64,000 bases of DNA, from assembly GCA_964106915.2 (NCBI GenBank), contig OZ066920.1, one strand, 5' to 3'. The stretch comes from Podarcis gaigeae (taxonomy: Eukaryota). Positions 1 to 64,000 of the stretch are shown here, piece by piece (the stretch's first letter is position 1; each line of letters starts with the position of its first letter). Under the pieces are notes generated by a model. It made no database searches and had not been told where the DNA came from. It was given only the letters and a program-made list of their open reading frames with translations. The position numbers were made by a program, and so were the translations under genes.

Positions 1-52177
<52,177 letters not shown>

Positions 52178-52461
52178 CTAAAACGTGAGTGGTTGAATAA
52201 ACAAAGCTTTTTACACCACATGGAATGGAACATACTTGAAACCATTTCATCCTAGCTACTTCAATAACTCCAACCTAATTCAACATTTTAAAAATGTATT
52301 AAATGCATCCAATTACTACTACCTGTTAAATCTCTGCAATACACTTTTCTACTAGATTCATCCAGTAGAGCACAAAACGTAAAAGAAAAAAAGCATGCTA
52401 GCTCAACAGCCAGTGCCTATTAGACACACAGGAGCTTAGACTGGGATGATTTATAACAGTA

Positions 52462-52635
52462 CAGTGGTACCTCGGGTTAAGAACTTAATTTGTTCTGGAA
52501 ATCTGTTCTTAACCTGAAACTGTTCTTAACATGAGGTACTACTTTAGCTAATGGGGCCTCCCACTGCCACCGCACCTCTGCCGCGTGATTTCTGTTCTTA
52601 TCCTGAAGCAAAGTTCTTAACCCAAGGTACCACTG
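52462..52635. mobile_element. Tc1/mariner-type MITE
   Basis: TIR cagtggtacctcgggttaagaac / gttcttaacccaaggtaccactg, TA TSD. Confidence 0.88.
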
Positions 52636-53656
52636 TATTAAAAAAAAACAGTGTATGTTAAGGTCTTGTGTTCTTGTTTTTTTTTCTTTTATAGGTCTTC
52701 ATATTTCTAAAAGTGGAGATCATACCACAGGATGTGCCTTGCCATTAAAATGGGGGAAAGGACAGAGTTGGATGACATGCAAGAAAATCCTGCCCTAGTA
52801 AAGAAAGTCCTGATTCTCCTAAAACCAGTAAGGTTTGAAGGCTATACATTCACTCTGACCTCAGAATGCCGACAGCAAGCAGGTAGAAGTTTTTACTTGC
52901 CAGAACAGGGTTAGGTGCTTCCCCTTCAACATATCAAAGCAATGCTAGAATTCAAAGCTACCACTATCTTCAACTTGAGGTTTTTGAATACCATATGCGC
53001 AATGTAGAAAGCAATAAAGAAATAAAATTCTGAGTCAGATCAATGTGAATGTTAGGAGTATTTTCTACCGAAGCAGCTTTCCTATCAAAATTCTTATGAA
53101 TACTCAGGTGTCATTCCTCTGATACATTTTGCAATTCTCATTCTTTCTCTCTCTTTCCATCCCTCCCTCTCTTTCCCTCTCTCTCACACACATACAGGTT
53201 CTTGTGTGTAAAAGTGCAACTGTATCAGGAAGATGAAATAACATATATATCCAATATTCACTTCTGTCCCCCTTCCCAATTTTAAGTTCCTAAAACACCT
53301 ATATTCATTGCTTCTGCCAAACATATTTGTGGCTTTTAACCTAAATACTCAAAATTAACGTCAGAAGAAAAAAAAGACAGGAGATATCTGAACATTTATA
53401 AACTGAAAACACTGTGTTTCATATAATAGTCTATAACATGAGGTACCTTAATTAAGTGCTCCATTTCTTTTTTAATATAGCAGTTGAAGAATACAAATTT
53501 TAAATATTTGTTATTTAAACTCAGATTATGAAGAACAATATACGCACACACACAATGTCTATGAGAACCTGACATTACTAAGAATGTTTGATATCTTTAG
53601 AAGGGATACAAGACAATTTTTTTAATCAATCTGTACAACAGTTCCTTTTGCAACTG

Positions 53657-54012
53657 NNNNNNNNNNNNNNNNNNNNNNNNNNNNNNNNNNNNNNNNNNNN
53701 NNNNNNNNNNNNNNNNNNNNNNNNNNNNNNNNNNNNNNNNNNNNNNNNNNNNNNNNNNNNNNNNNNNNNNNNNNNNNNNNNNNNNNNNNNNNNNNNNNNN
53801 NNNNNNNNNNNNNNNNNNNNNNNNNNNNNNNNNNNNNNNNNNNNNNNNNNNNNNNNNNNNNNNNNNNNNNNNNNNNNNNNNNNNNNNNNNNNNNNNNNNN
53901 NNNNNNNNNNNNNNNNNNNNNNNNNNNNNNNNNNNNNNNNNNNNNNNNNNNNNNNNNNNNNNNNNNNNNNNNNNNNNNNNNNNNNNNNNNNNNNNNNNNN
54001 NNNNNNNNNNNN
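53657..54012. other. assembly gap (N)
   Basis: N run. Confidence 0.99.
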
Positions 54013-55951
54013 GCCTGTCGTAGTTGAGCTGCTGCCAGGTAAAGCAAGTTGACAGGCTAGTGCTTTTTGCTGGTGACCTCTATAAATCAGAGCTAAGCAT
54101 ACCATTTAATTTAATAACAGTTAGTGTACCCTGGGTGCACTACTGCATTTGAGTAACTGGCGTAACATATTGAAGAACAGCACAGGGCAGGTTTGATAAA
54201 ATGTCAATTTGCTGAAAGGGTAGAAAGTGCTAATGATTCCGTCTTTTCTATTGTTCAGGACATAAAGAATCTCCAAGTGCTTGCAACATAGGAGGTTTCA
54301 TGCAAGCCACATAGTGAAATTTAAGCAGAAAATCTGTATATTCAGAAAGCTTCCTCCCTTCTAGCTAGCTAGTAATAGGTAAGAGTATGAACTAAAACAT
54401 TTTCATCACTGGCGACCTACCTCAAGTGTAGATAGACTTCAGTTCTGCAGAATCTACTTTTGTTTTTTTACTAGAACCTCAATGTCCACCATCCATAGCA
54501 AAGTGCACAATATTGGCTCAGGGAGACAGGCATACAATTAAAAAGCAGGGTGCCTTCAAACACATGCTCAGCCCAGGAATTTGTTTTCGTTCACAGGACT
54601 GAGCTCTATCCTTTCACACAAAAATTCAATCCTAATTTCTGCCCAAGCTTTATTTATTTCAGCAGCCTATTTTTTTGTTTCTGCTTTATTGTTGCTATTG
54701 TTGACTGATGGAAAGTTGGGAATCTTTATAAATCTACTGCAAGTCATCCAGTAGATGCTGATTTACCTTCTGCTCGTCCATGACCTATATAATTCAACTT
54801 CCCTCCCTATGCAGTATTCTGACATGGGACCTCCAATAGTTGTTATATTCCTTCTAAACAGAAGCACAGACGCACACTATTCATACAAGAGGGATGACAA
54901 CACACCTAGAATCCAATTTATTTCAACTCCAAATTTCAGACAAATAGCCAAGCCCAGGAAACCTATCTGTTTAATAAAATATTTGACAAATTTAAGGAAA
55001 CAATTTGATAAGGATTGTCTGCATTCTGTAGCAGGCAGTTTAGAAAGAAAAGTTGAAGATATGCTCTGTCTCAGCTTCAGAGCATTTACATCCCTGGTCT
55101 TCAGCTTGGTGATAAACAATATAGATTTCACCTGCTGATTTGGAACATTAACTGTCTACAATGGGCAACAATTATAGTCCAATTTCAAAGGCATCCTAAA
55201 GGTATTCATAGCTACATTTACCTGCAGGTACTGCACATACACCCTCCCCCCCAAAAAAACCAACAACATAGCCATTATCTGCATGCACACAATAACATTC
55301 ATACACCTAATCACTGTATTCATAATTAGTACATTTGGGACAACTGGAGACTGCACTGCTCTTACAAGTATTATTTATTGTAAAAAAATTATAGAGGGGA
55401 AATTACAAGTATTTTGTAGCAAGATATTTTGACGTTTCACACATGCACAGAATCAAGCCTAAGTTAAGACATCCTATACAACATGGATAAGCTATGTCAA
55501 GTATGGTATAATGATGCGGAATGGACAAAATAGCACACTAGTAAAATAAGGTTAGAGATAAAGAAATACAGGGAACACTAAAAAGAATAGTTAGCAACAC
55601 AACAGCAGAAAAGGCTTCAATGGCAGGAACTACAAAAGCAACTACTGCCAAACATGCAGCTGAGACAGAAGCAACCAACAGGGCCAAATCAACCAATCCT
55701 GAAGCAGTAAATTTAGCATTTGATGTAATTGGAAATATATTTGTTTACATGCTTATCCTACAAATTTCCCGAAGCTCCAGGACAGGCTATGCTGCCATCA
55801 TCATTTATACATAAAAACAAAGAATTCACATATTAAACAAGTTTGTAATTACTAAATTAAATAAACAGGTGCTAAAACACAACACTCTTTACTACTCAAG
55901 CCCTGCCTTCAAAAGGCTAGCCAAACAAGTATGAGAGTCTAGTTTGAGAGT

Positions 55952-55966
55952 CTCTCTCTCTCTCTC

Positions 55967-56004
<38 letters not shown>
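55952..56004. repeat. (CT)n + (TG)n compound microsatellite ((CA)n on CHD7 sense strand)
   Basis: direct read. Confidence 0.95.
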
Positions 56005-56007
<3 letters not shown>

Positions 56008-56682
56008 TCTACAATTTTCAAGCACTTACCTAGAGCCGCTCTCTATGAAACCTTGAGAACATCTTCATCATTTCATCTTATTAGTTGCTTAATACAAAAT
56101 GTCTTTCTACCTATATACAGGAAACACTAATAGGTCAATAAATAAACCTTGTACTTTGGCCATTGCTGCGGCGGGGGACGGGGACGGGGACTAATCAATT
56201 GTGGGCCTCTAATTGTGGGTCTTCTGCATCACCTAGTGGGGTATTATTTCTTATGCTTATATGGTCAGCATTCACCATCCATGCCAGCTTGAGGGGTGCC
56301 AACTTGGATAAAATATTGGGGGGGGGAGAGGGAGAGATAAGCCCCACCCCACTTAATTGATCACAAGATGTGGTGTTCTCACACCATTTGAATGGCAATG
56401 CAAACCACCTTTGTGGGGGCCTGGCCCCCTCAACTAGTTTATGGGGGAGTGAGGGGACATTTACCCCTATGCTTGGTAAATATGGATGCCTTGATTTATA
56501 TAGGTGTGTTACTGCTTGGGGGTATATTGTATGCTGTATGCGGCATGCTGTAATACCCTGCTACTGTAATGGTCAGTGATGGTGAGATCGTCAGTAATGA
56601 TAACTATACTTCCATAAACCATTTTTTTAAAAATACTTTGGGAAACTAGGCATAATCTCAGGTACAATGGGCTCAATATATA

Positions 56683-56905
56683 CAGTCGTACCTTGGAAGT
56701 CAAACAGAATCCGTCCCGGAAGTCCGTTTGACTTCTGAAACATTCAACTTCCAAAGCGCGGCTTCTGATTGGCTGCAGCACTCCTGCAGCCAATCGGGAG
56801 CCACAGAAGCCTTCTCGGATGTTTGGAACACTCACTTCTGGGTTTGCAGCATTGGGGAGCCGGAACGTTCGACTCGCAAGGCATTTGGGAGCCGAGGTAT
56901 GACTG
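56683..56905 (-). mobile_element. Tc1/mariner-type MITE, same family as 41092-41342, opposite orientation
   Basis: TA+cagtcgtaccttgg ... gaggtatgactg+TA; interior is the reverse complement of the 41092 copy. Confidence 0.85.
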
Positions 56906-57021
56906 TACATTAAGACCAGCACATTAAATTTTGCTGAGAACACTGTTAGTAGTCAGAGGAGACAAAAAAAATGTACAAAAATATCAGCAAACATTCTGTG
57001 CTAGGAGATTGTGTGTGATCA

Positions 57022-57750
57022 GGCTTTCACCTAAGCCAAACCATGACTTAGCACAGGGGTCGGCAAGGCATACCAGGCATGGGGCGGATCACTCCCACAG
57101 AGATCCTCCGTGGGCCGGGCTGGCGCAGCACGATGCAGAAAGTTGTGTCTGCATATGTCCATGGCGCCACAAATTGCGCCTGCGCAGAAGCGATTACCAG
57201 CGTCTGGGCAAGCACAGAAGAGATTTCTGGAGCCCCGGGCTATGCTGTGCCAGTATAGGGCAGTGTGCGGGGACTCGCCGAGTGGGCAGCTTGGTTCGGG
57301 GGCGGCTCGTGGGCCAGTTAAACAGCTTCCGTGGGCCACTTTCGGCCCATGGGCCTTAGGTTGCCAACCCCTGACTTAGCAGGAGTGAGAAAGTATTTGG
57401 GCTCCTGGTGAGGAGACTACAGGCAGTTCTCCCCAGTTTTTCTGTTGCTGTACCATGGTTTGACTTAGCGTGTCACCCAGACCCAGGCTCATAGTTTAGT
57501 TCTTTCCAGAGAAATAACGAGTTGTAACCAAGGTTTGTCCTATGGTTTGAAGCTCATGGTTTGTCTGCGAGATCTAAACCATGAGACTGGATTAGGATGA
57601 CACACTAAGCAATGCAATGGTATAACTCAGCACAACAGCAGAATGACTAGAAAGGAACAAAGCAGTGACAATCTCTCTGGAAGTCTGTACATTTTCTTGT
57701 TTGTGCTAAGCAGCTAAGCCATGGTTTGGTTCAGTATAGTGTATGAATGA
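57022..57750. mobile_element. palindromic fold-back MITE interrupted by a hAT element
   Basis: ctaagccaaaccatgacttag vs ctaagccatggtttggttcag outer arms; second arm pair at about 57452 and 57574. Confidence 0.6.
57054..57373. mobile_element. hAT (Charlie-like) MITE
   Basis: TIR caggggtcggcaa / ttgccaacccctg; perfect 8-bp TSD ACTTAGCA; CpG-rich. Confidence 0.9.
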
Positions 57751-57774
57751 GGACAGAATGATCTGCATCAGTTA

Positions 57775-57948
57775 GAGCTGTTCAGTAGTGGAACAGTCTC
57801 CCACAAGAGGGGGTGGGCTCTCCTTCCTTGGAGGTTTTTAAACAAAGGTTGGATGGCCATCTGTCATAGATGCTTTAGCTGAAATTTCTGCATTGCAATG
57901 GGTTGGACTAGATGACCCTTGGGTCCCATTCCAACTCTATGAACCTCT
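57775..57948 (+). mobile_element. CR1 LINE 3' end
   Basis: tggaacagtctccc...ctccttccttggaggtttttaa...ttggactagatgacccttgggtcccattccaactctatga. Confidence 0.8.
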
Positions 57949-59771
57949 GGAAAATCAAGGAAATAAACACGTAAAGCATATTACAAGGACCAAACTCACA
58001 GGGGCTATCTATGACAGAGGGTTAAAGAATTCCCATAAAATGGAATTGATGACAAGTTTTCCTATTCACAAAGTGGCAATGTCAAAAGCGGATCCAGAAC
58101 GAACCCACAAGATATAAGGTCAAGTTACAGAGAAAATAAATTTCATCAGTGTCAGGTATTCCCAATTTCCCCTTCCCAACATATTAAAAAGCCTGACAAC
58201 TATGATTACTTTGGAATGAGATTATCTAGAATTAGAAATCAGTTTATTTGCATCCAGACCCCAGTCAGATACACTGAATAAGCACCGATGAATCAGAAGC
58301 TGGATCAAATGAAAAATGGAACTATGGCTTCTAACAACCAGTCTTAGAAACTGAGATATGAAAGCTAGGAGCTAAATGGCCCCTTAAACTTAGGTTATGA
58401 GCACAACGGAATGTCTAGGCGTTTTTTGAATAATAGGAATACAAAACAGAAAATGAATGAACAGCAGCTAAAATATTATGTTGATTTTTCACATGGTCTA
58501 GTCCTTCCCCAGCCCACCCCCACTAATACTCAGAGCTCAGAAATAGCTCACACTAATGAAATTCCCTGTCGCAAAATGTGCCTAGAACAACAGGAATTTC
58601 GAACACTATGATGGTACTGAACTTCATGTCTCTTAAGCATCATTTCACACTTAAACATGATGATACTAAAAATAAGGATTTTATATGCAGGATAGATTTT
58701 ACAAAAGACAACAACCAGAGTCCTGGCACTCTTTGGTTCCCTTCGCACTTCACCAAGATGTATTCTATCCCATAGAATAACATATATTAAAGGACACTGC
58801 AATGATATAGGTATACTAAGTGCTTAGATCTTTCAGACATCTTTTCAGTAGATTGCATAGCAGGTAGAGAGATGTACTTGAGATATTTTCACACACTCAC
58901 TTATTCACACCCACACCCCAGCTATGTTAAACTTGTAGAGAAGCATAAGACTGTAAGCAGGATCCTGCTGGATTGGACCAAAGGCCTATCTTTTCCAGTG
59001 TCCTGTTACTCAGAGTGTTTAATTAGATACCTATGAGAAGACCACAAGGAGGACTTTTTTTAGTATGTATAACCTACCGTGGGGTGTTAGAGGAGGGGTA
59101 GAATATCTGTTGGGGGAACATGTTGTGCTCCTTGTGGGGTAGTTTGTTGGTCTTAGGTCTCCACCCTGCACTCAGGCCTCACCTGTGACTCCTAGAAGCT
59201 GTTGGCATGTGACTGTGGCCACACCTCAGGAAATGGCTTTGACTGGCTGGCTAAACCAGGTGAGGGTAGCCAATGAGTTTCAAACCCTTGATGAGTTAGG
59301 GACTTCCCTAGCATGCGAAGACAGCTACTGTGATTAGTGACCCTTGGCAGCCTCATTTTCAATGAATTTGTCAAATCCCATTTTAAGGGGTCACTACTGA
59401 CCAAGCATCTTCCATGAATGTGTGAAGGGCCCTGTTTGCACCAATGCAAAGAGAATTCTGTGTTTTAAAAAGTTTTATAGCACCCATTCAGAGCTCAGAA
59501 TTATGTAAGTTAACTTAATTTTCACAGCAGTTTTATATTCACAGTCACATGCATACATTAAATTATATTTCTACCTATAAGGGTGCATCTCTCATCTTGC
59601 AAAATCTATCCTAGGTCTCTTATACTCCCCAACTTTCCACAGGTAAAAGGCTACAGAGCTTGGGTGTGCAAATCTCAGACTATTCAGAGGCTAGATCACT
59701 ATGCTGTTCAGATGCATTCTTTCCCATGAATAATCTAGGGAGAAAGATAGAAGAAAAGGAGACACTGGAAC

Positions 59772-59916
59772 AGAATCATAGAATTGTAGAGTTGGAAGGG
59801 ACCCTGAGGATGATCTAGTCCAACCCCCTGCAGTGCAGGACTCTTTCACCCAATGTGGAGCTTGAACCCATGACCCTGGCATTAAGAGTCTCATGCTCTA
59901 CCAACTGAGCTCTCCC
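59772..59916 (-). mobile_element. tRNA-Lys-derived short SINE with CR1-like tail (Squam3-like)
   Basis: Minus: agctcagttggtagagcatgagactcttaat..agggtcatgggttcaagctccacattggg + ggggttggactagat...ttccaactctacaattctatgattct. Confidence 0.85.
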
Positions 59917-60837
59917 ACACTGAGTTATCCCAGAAAATGAATTCAACAAAATTATCTGGTCCACCTTTCACTACACAAATCTATAGATACACATTACTTC
60001 ACTTTCCATCCTTCCATCCTACAGGTCAGAAGGGAAAGAGACCCTTCAAGTGCAAAAACAGAAGCAAGCCTACTAGCTATCCCCAAGCAAAAAGGAAAAT
60101 GCTCTTCTTTCTCACTTCCTCTAAAGTTGCCTAGGGTTGTATGTCCTTAACCTTCATGGACCACTGGACCAGCTATATAAGCTTTCTATTGAAACTTCTG
60201 CAGCCCTTCTGGGGCAGTAACTATAAACTTATTGGCACATACAAAACCACACACTTTTCAACCCAGAAGACCACTCAACCAACTCAGTTCTTGGCTGCAA
60301 TGGAATACACAGTTGGAAGACTTACTGAACTGAACATTTGGGATACACAACAGGCAGCAGAATTATACAATTTGCAATCCCTGTTTACATAAATAAATGT
60401 TGGATATTTAGTTTCACATGTCTCATTGAGTTGCAAAACACCATTGAGAAAGGATGCTTCAGTCTGATCACGAATTGTCCTAAAATTGTGAACAAATTTT
60501 CTCTTAGTTTTGAGTTTCACAGTAATTATTTCCTATATTACCTCTGCAATTAAATACTATAAGAAAAATGTGGTGTGACAAACACCAAGGAAAACCACAA
60601 GAGTTTACTTTCCCAGCATGCTCTGCCTTTACTTGATAGGTTTCATCACAATTTCTCAAGGTTAAGTCTATTCAAATTCAGTGCTATCAACAAGAGTCAA
60701 TTCATAGTCATCTGTACTCTCTCAGAACACTGCAGGTTTTCATAGCTTACAAATTTAAATGCAGAAAACATTTTAAAAACAGCCAAATAAGATTGTCGAA
60801 ACACTGGAAAATACTGAAAAATCTATACTAGTTTTCA

Positions 60838-60891
60838 GAAGAAGAAGAAGAAGAAGAAGAAGAAGAAGAAGAAGAAGAAGAAGAAGAAGAA
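60838..60891. repeat. (GAA)18 trinucleotide repeat
   Basis: direct read. Confidence 0.95.
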
Positions 60892-61219
60892 ACTGTTCCA
60901 GCAGTGTTGACCCATCCTTCTTAGAAGTAGTTCTTTAGCCCGTAGACTTTAGAAAACAGAAATTTGTTCTTAACATGATTTTTTGTTCGGTTCCAGCATG
61001 GGTCCCAATTTGGTCTGTGTGGCTGTTTTCCTCAAACCATGTCCAACTGACCTCATATGTGAAATAGGGTTGCCAAGGAATGATCAGAAGCCTTAAAGTA
61101 CTGGTCGGCAGTGAAAGAAAACTAGCATTGATCAACTGTAATATCATTGGGAACTCCATAGCAAGGGTGATTCCAGTAGGCTTCTTGGGAGCCATGAGCA
61201 GCTGATTGGCACTTGCAGC

Positions 61220-61512
61220 AAGAACATTAAGAAAAGACTGCTGGATCAGACCAACGGCACATCTAGTCCAACATCCTGTTCTCACAATGGCCAAACAGGT
61301 GCAATCAGGACCCGAGCCAAAGAGCATTCTCCCCTCCTGTGGTTTCAAGCACTGGTATTTAGAATGATATTGCCCTGAACTGTGGAGGTAGAGTATAATC
61401 ACCATGTCTAGTAGTCACATACAGTCATAACCTCCATGTATTTGTCTAATCCTCATTTAAAGCCACCCAAGTTGGTGGGCATTATTTCTTCCCATGGGAT
61501 TGAGTACCATAG
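61220..61512 (-). mobile_element. CR1-like LINE 3' end
   Basis: aagaaaagactgctggatcagaccaacggcacatctagtccaacatcctgttctcac...tttgtctaatcct..ttaaagcca; shorter copy at about 58945-59050. Confidence 0.7.
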
Positions 61513-64000
61513 ACAGATTTGCACTTACTGGGGCTTGCTGTAAGCACAAGTATCCTTTTGCATTGCTGGCTTAAATTGCAGATGATGATGCAAAGGCTCT
61601 TCCTCTGTAGGAGGAGCTCAAGCTGCAGCCACAAAGTAACTTTTCACTTTTAAGTCATCTGATGACATTGTGACTAACAGATGGGGACCTCACCCACCTG
61701 TCAAAATGGCAAAGTGTGCCTCTCTGTGTTCAGGACGGTTATGTTCCCTGCCCCTAGTCTGCATGGACTTTCAGTGCATACTCTCCATGCACTGGTCTTT
61801 TCCAGACCACCTTGGAGATGCCAGAGCCTGAATCTAGAAGATATGCTCTACCACTGAGTTATGTTATTTTCCCCTAAAGCCTCTTTTGGTTGGAAACTGC
61901 TGTAATTCATTACGAATGGACATTAATAGCATGTATGCTCACTTAACTCTTCCACAGAATATTGGAATAAGATAATAAGCATAAAGCAGGGCTTACATGT
62001 TTTTATATACCAATAATAATTATAACCAAAGTATTTCTCATTCAAATATCAATATATTATAAACGATTCCCTCCTGTCATACAGAAGACACAATGAGGTG
62101 GCTTCATATGCACAAAGTAGCATTCAGAACTGTCCAAAAGATCCTGCTGCCATATATATCAAACTTCTTCCTGCCCCCTTCCACAGCCATGCTAGGCAGA
62201 CCCCCTGACCAACCCTTACATACAGGTTGCTCCCATAGGGGGAGAAGGGCCATTTTCAATTCCGGGTAGTCACTGTCAAGGTGTACGATACAACCCTTAC
62301 TTGGGTGGGAGGATCAATAATTCAACAGGATGTGTCCTAGGGGCTGAGCAGAAGCAAAGTAAGTCAACTGCCACCTTCAAGGACACATCCTTACAAGCTG
62401 GTGACAGGCTTCAGATACAGCTGTACACCTGCACTTCGCTACCCATGCAAAGAACTGCCTCACACCCTTAGCTATGCTATGGTGCTCAGAATTTATCCTT
62501 AGTTCAGTAGAATTTAGTATTCTTATTATTTTCTTTCTCTGTAGCATTGCAGCTTATCAAGAAAATAAATGATTGGTCTGATCAGTTCAGTACGTAACTG
62601 GTTCTTGGCAGATTAATGATTTAGCCTATTGATTAACCTAAAACCTTGATTCAATTATGAGTTTCTTAGCCTTTGGCACTACCTGGCATATAAAAACAAG
62701 TTTTCCTCACAGATGTTGCACCGCTTTCAACACAGTTTCCATTAATTCAGTAAGCTAGCATTAGTACAGGCTTTAAAATGTGCACTTATAAATAGGTTTA
62801 AAACCCATGATTAACACTACACTTTTAATTTGTTCATGCTACCTGTATAATGGTTCAGGGTGTTTTCCAATAGGCCTAAGCTTTCATTAGCCATTTCCCT
62901 TCTCTATCAGACAATACACAGTGTTAACAATAGAACACTTAATTACAGAGTAAGTACAGCAACACACTCATGCAGCCAAGAGGTAGGCCCTGGAAGTAAC
63001 AGATATAAAGCTTCTTCCATAGATGCAGCCAATAGAAAGTTCTGAAATTCCACACAAACTTTGACAGGGTGACACAAATCAACCTCATTTTAGGATATCT
63101 TTTGTATTCATAAAGACAAATAAACAGTCAAGTTTGCATGTTATTATTTCTGTTTGTATTTTTAAAATATAAAGTATATAAATATTTTAAATAAAGGAAT
63201 GAATAAATAAATAAATAAATTCAAGGGCATCATTCATTGGGATGAAATATCATATCCCTTCCCCACAATAGAAGATTAGGCCCCTACACTGACAGTTTTT
63301 CTCATGGTGTCAATGAAGGTACAAAAGAACTAACATTTCCGTAGAACAAAACCTGTAATAGTTCTTGTCCCCAAATAATGTAGGCTCTCTTCAATTTGTG
63401 CTCATGCAAAGTCAGTCATGTTTTCAAAGCCCAAATTACTTCCTCCAAGTGTATTACATATATGAGAAAACTGTAATCCACTTAATTTTCATTAAACTTG
63501 TTTCTTTTCCAAGGCAACTATAAAGTCTTATTGATGTTTTCCCGTTCTACTGGGCAGCTATATAGGTTCTTCCATTCAAAAGGCGGACAGTTAATCAACC
63601 CAGCTATTAAGATCTTTGTCTCTAAAATCATTGCCCAGCTGAGATATGGGGAATTGCTGTCAAATCTGAAATAGAGGTTCTGCAAAATAACTTTAGATTT
63701 GGGGGTTTCCCTGCAGTACACCGGAAGCCCACCTCAGAGCCGACTTAGGCCTTCCCTCGCTAGCAGCCAGAATTGATCTAGCCCATCTGAGATACTGGCA
63801 CAGGCTAAATGCCTTCGAGGATCATACTCGTACTAAGCTCTGTTGGTTAGAGCAACTAAGGACAGGGGGCTGGGCACAAAAGTTCCAAGATAAGATTAGG
63901 GCTTATAATCTCCAAATAGAGAACTACTTAACCCTTAGCCCACGTGACCTTAGAAATTGGATTTTTGATCAGGATACCAACCAAGACAGAGCATTCATCA

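Noticed and set aside
53588-54105. ORFs spanning N runs, or exon 3 hidden in this gap
   Set aside because: The ORFs are artefacts of X codons. The 356-N gap is shorter than the roughly 430-nt exon 3 and its flanks show no exon or splice signal, though this cannot be fully excluded.
59845-59916. tRNA-Lys(CTT) gene
   Set aside because: Stems are degenerate and the head runs directly into a CR1-like tail, so it is a SINE.

Overview
Vertebrate genomic DNA, almost certainly a squamate and most likely a lacertid lizard (Sauria SINE with ACCTTT tail, a tRNA-Lys-headed Squam3-like SINE, squamate L2/CR1 LINE fragments, Tc1/mariner and hAT MITEs). The window is occupied by one minus-strand gene, the chromatin remodeller CHD7. 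Thirty-one consecutive coding exons can be traced, equivalent to human exons 4-34 (numbering and lengths recalled from human CHD7). They run from 52177 down to position 1 and cover both chromodomains, the SNF2 ATPase/helicase, the SANT-like region and part of the C-terminal region. Exons 1-3 lie beyond the right edge and exon 34 is cut by the left edge. Exons 16 and 24 are partly hidden in N gaps. There is no prokaryotic-type system and nearly all other ORF-track calls are spurious. The most notable observations concern splicing. A retroposon tail has inserted into the exon 12 acceptor, intron 33 has a GC donor, and exon 26 has a long AG-free acceptor zone. There are also two candidate poison exons (one next to a CA repeat) and an inverted MITE pair bracketing exons 4-6.
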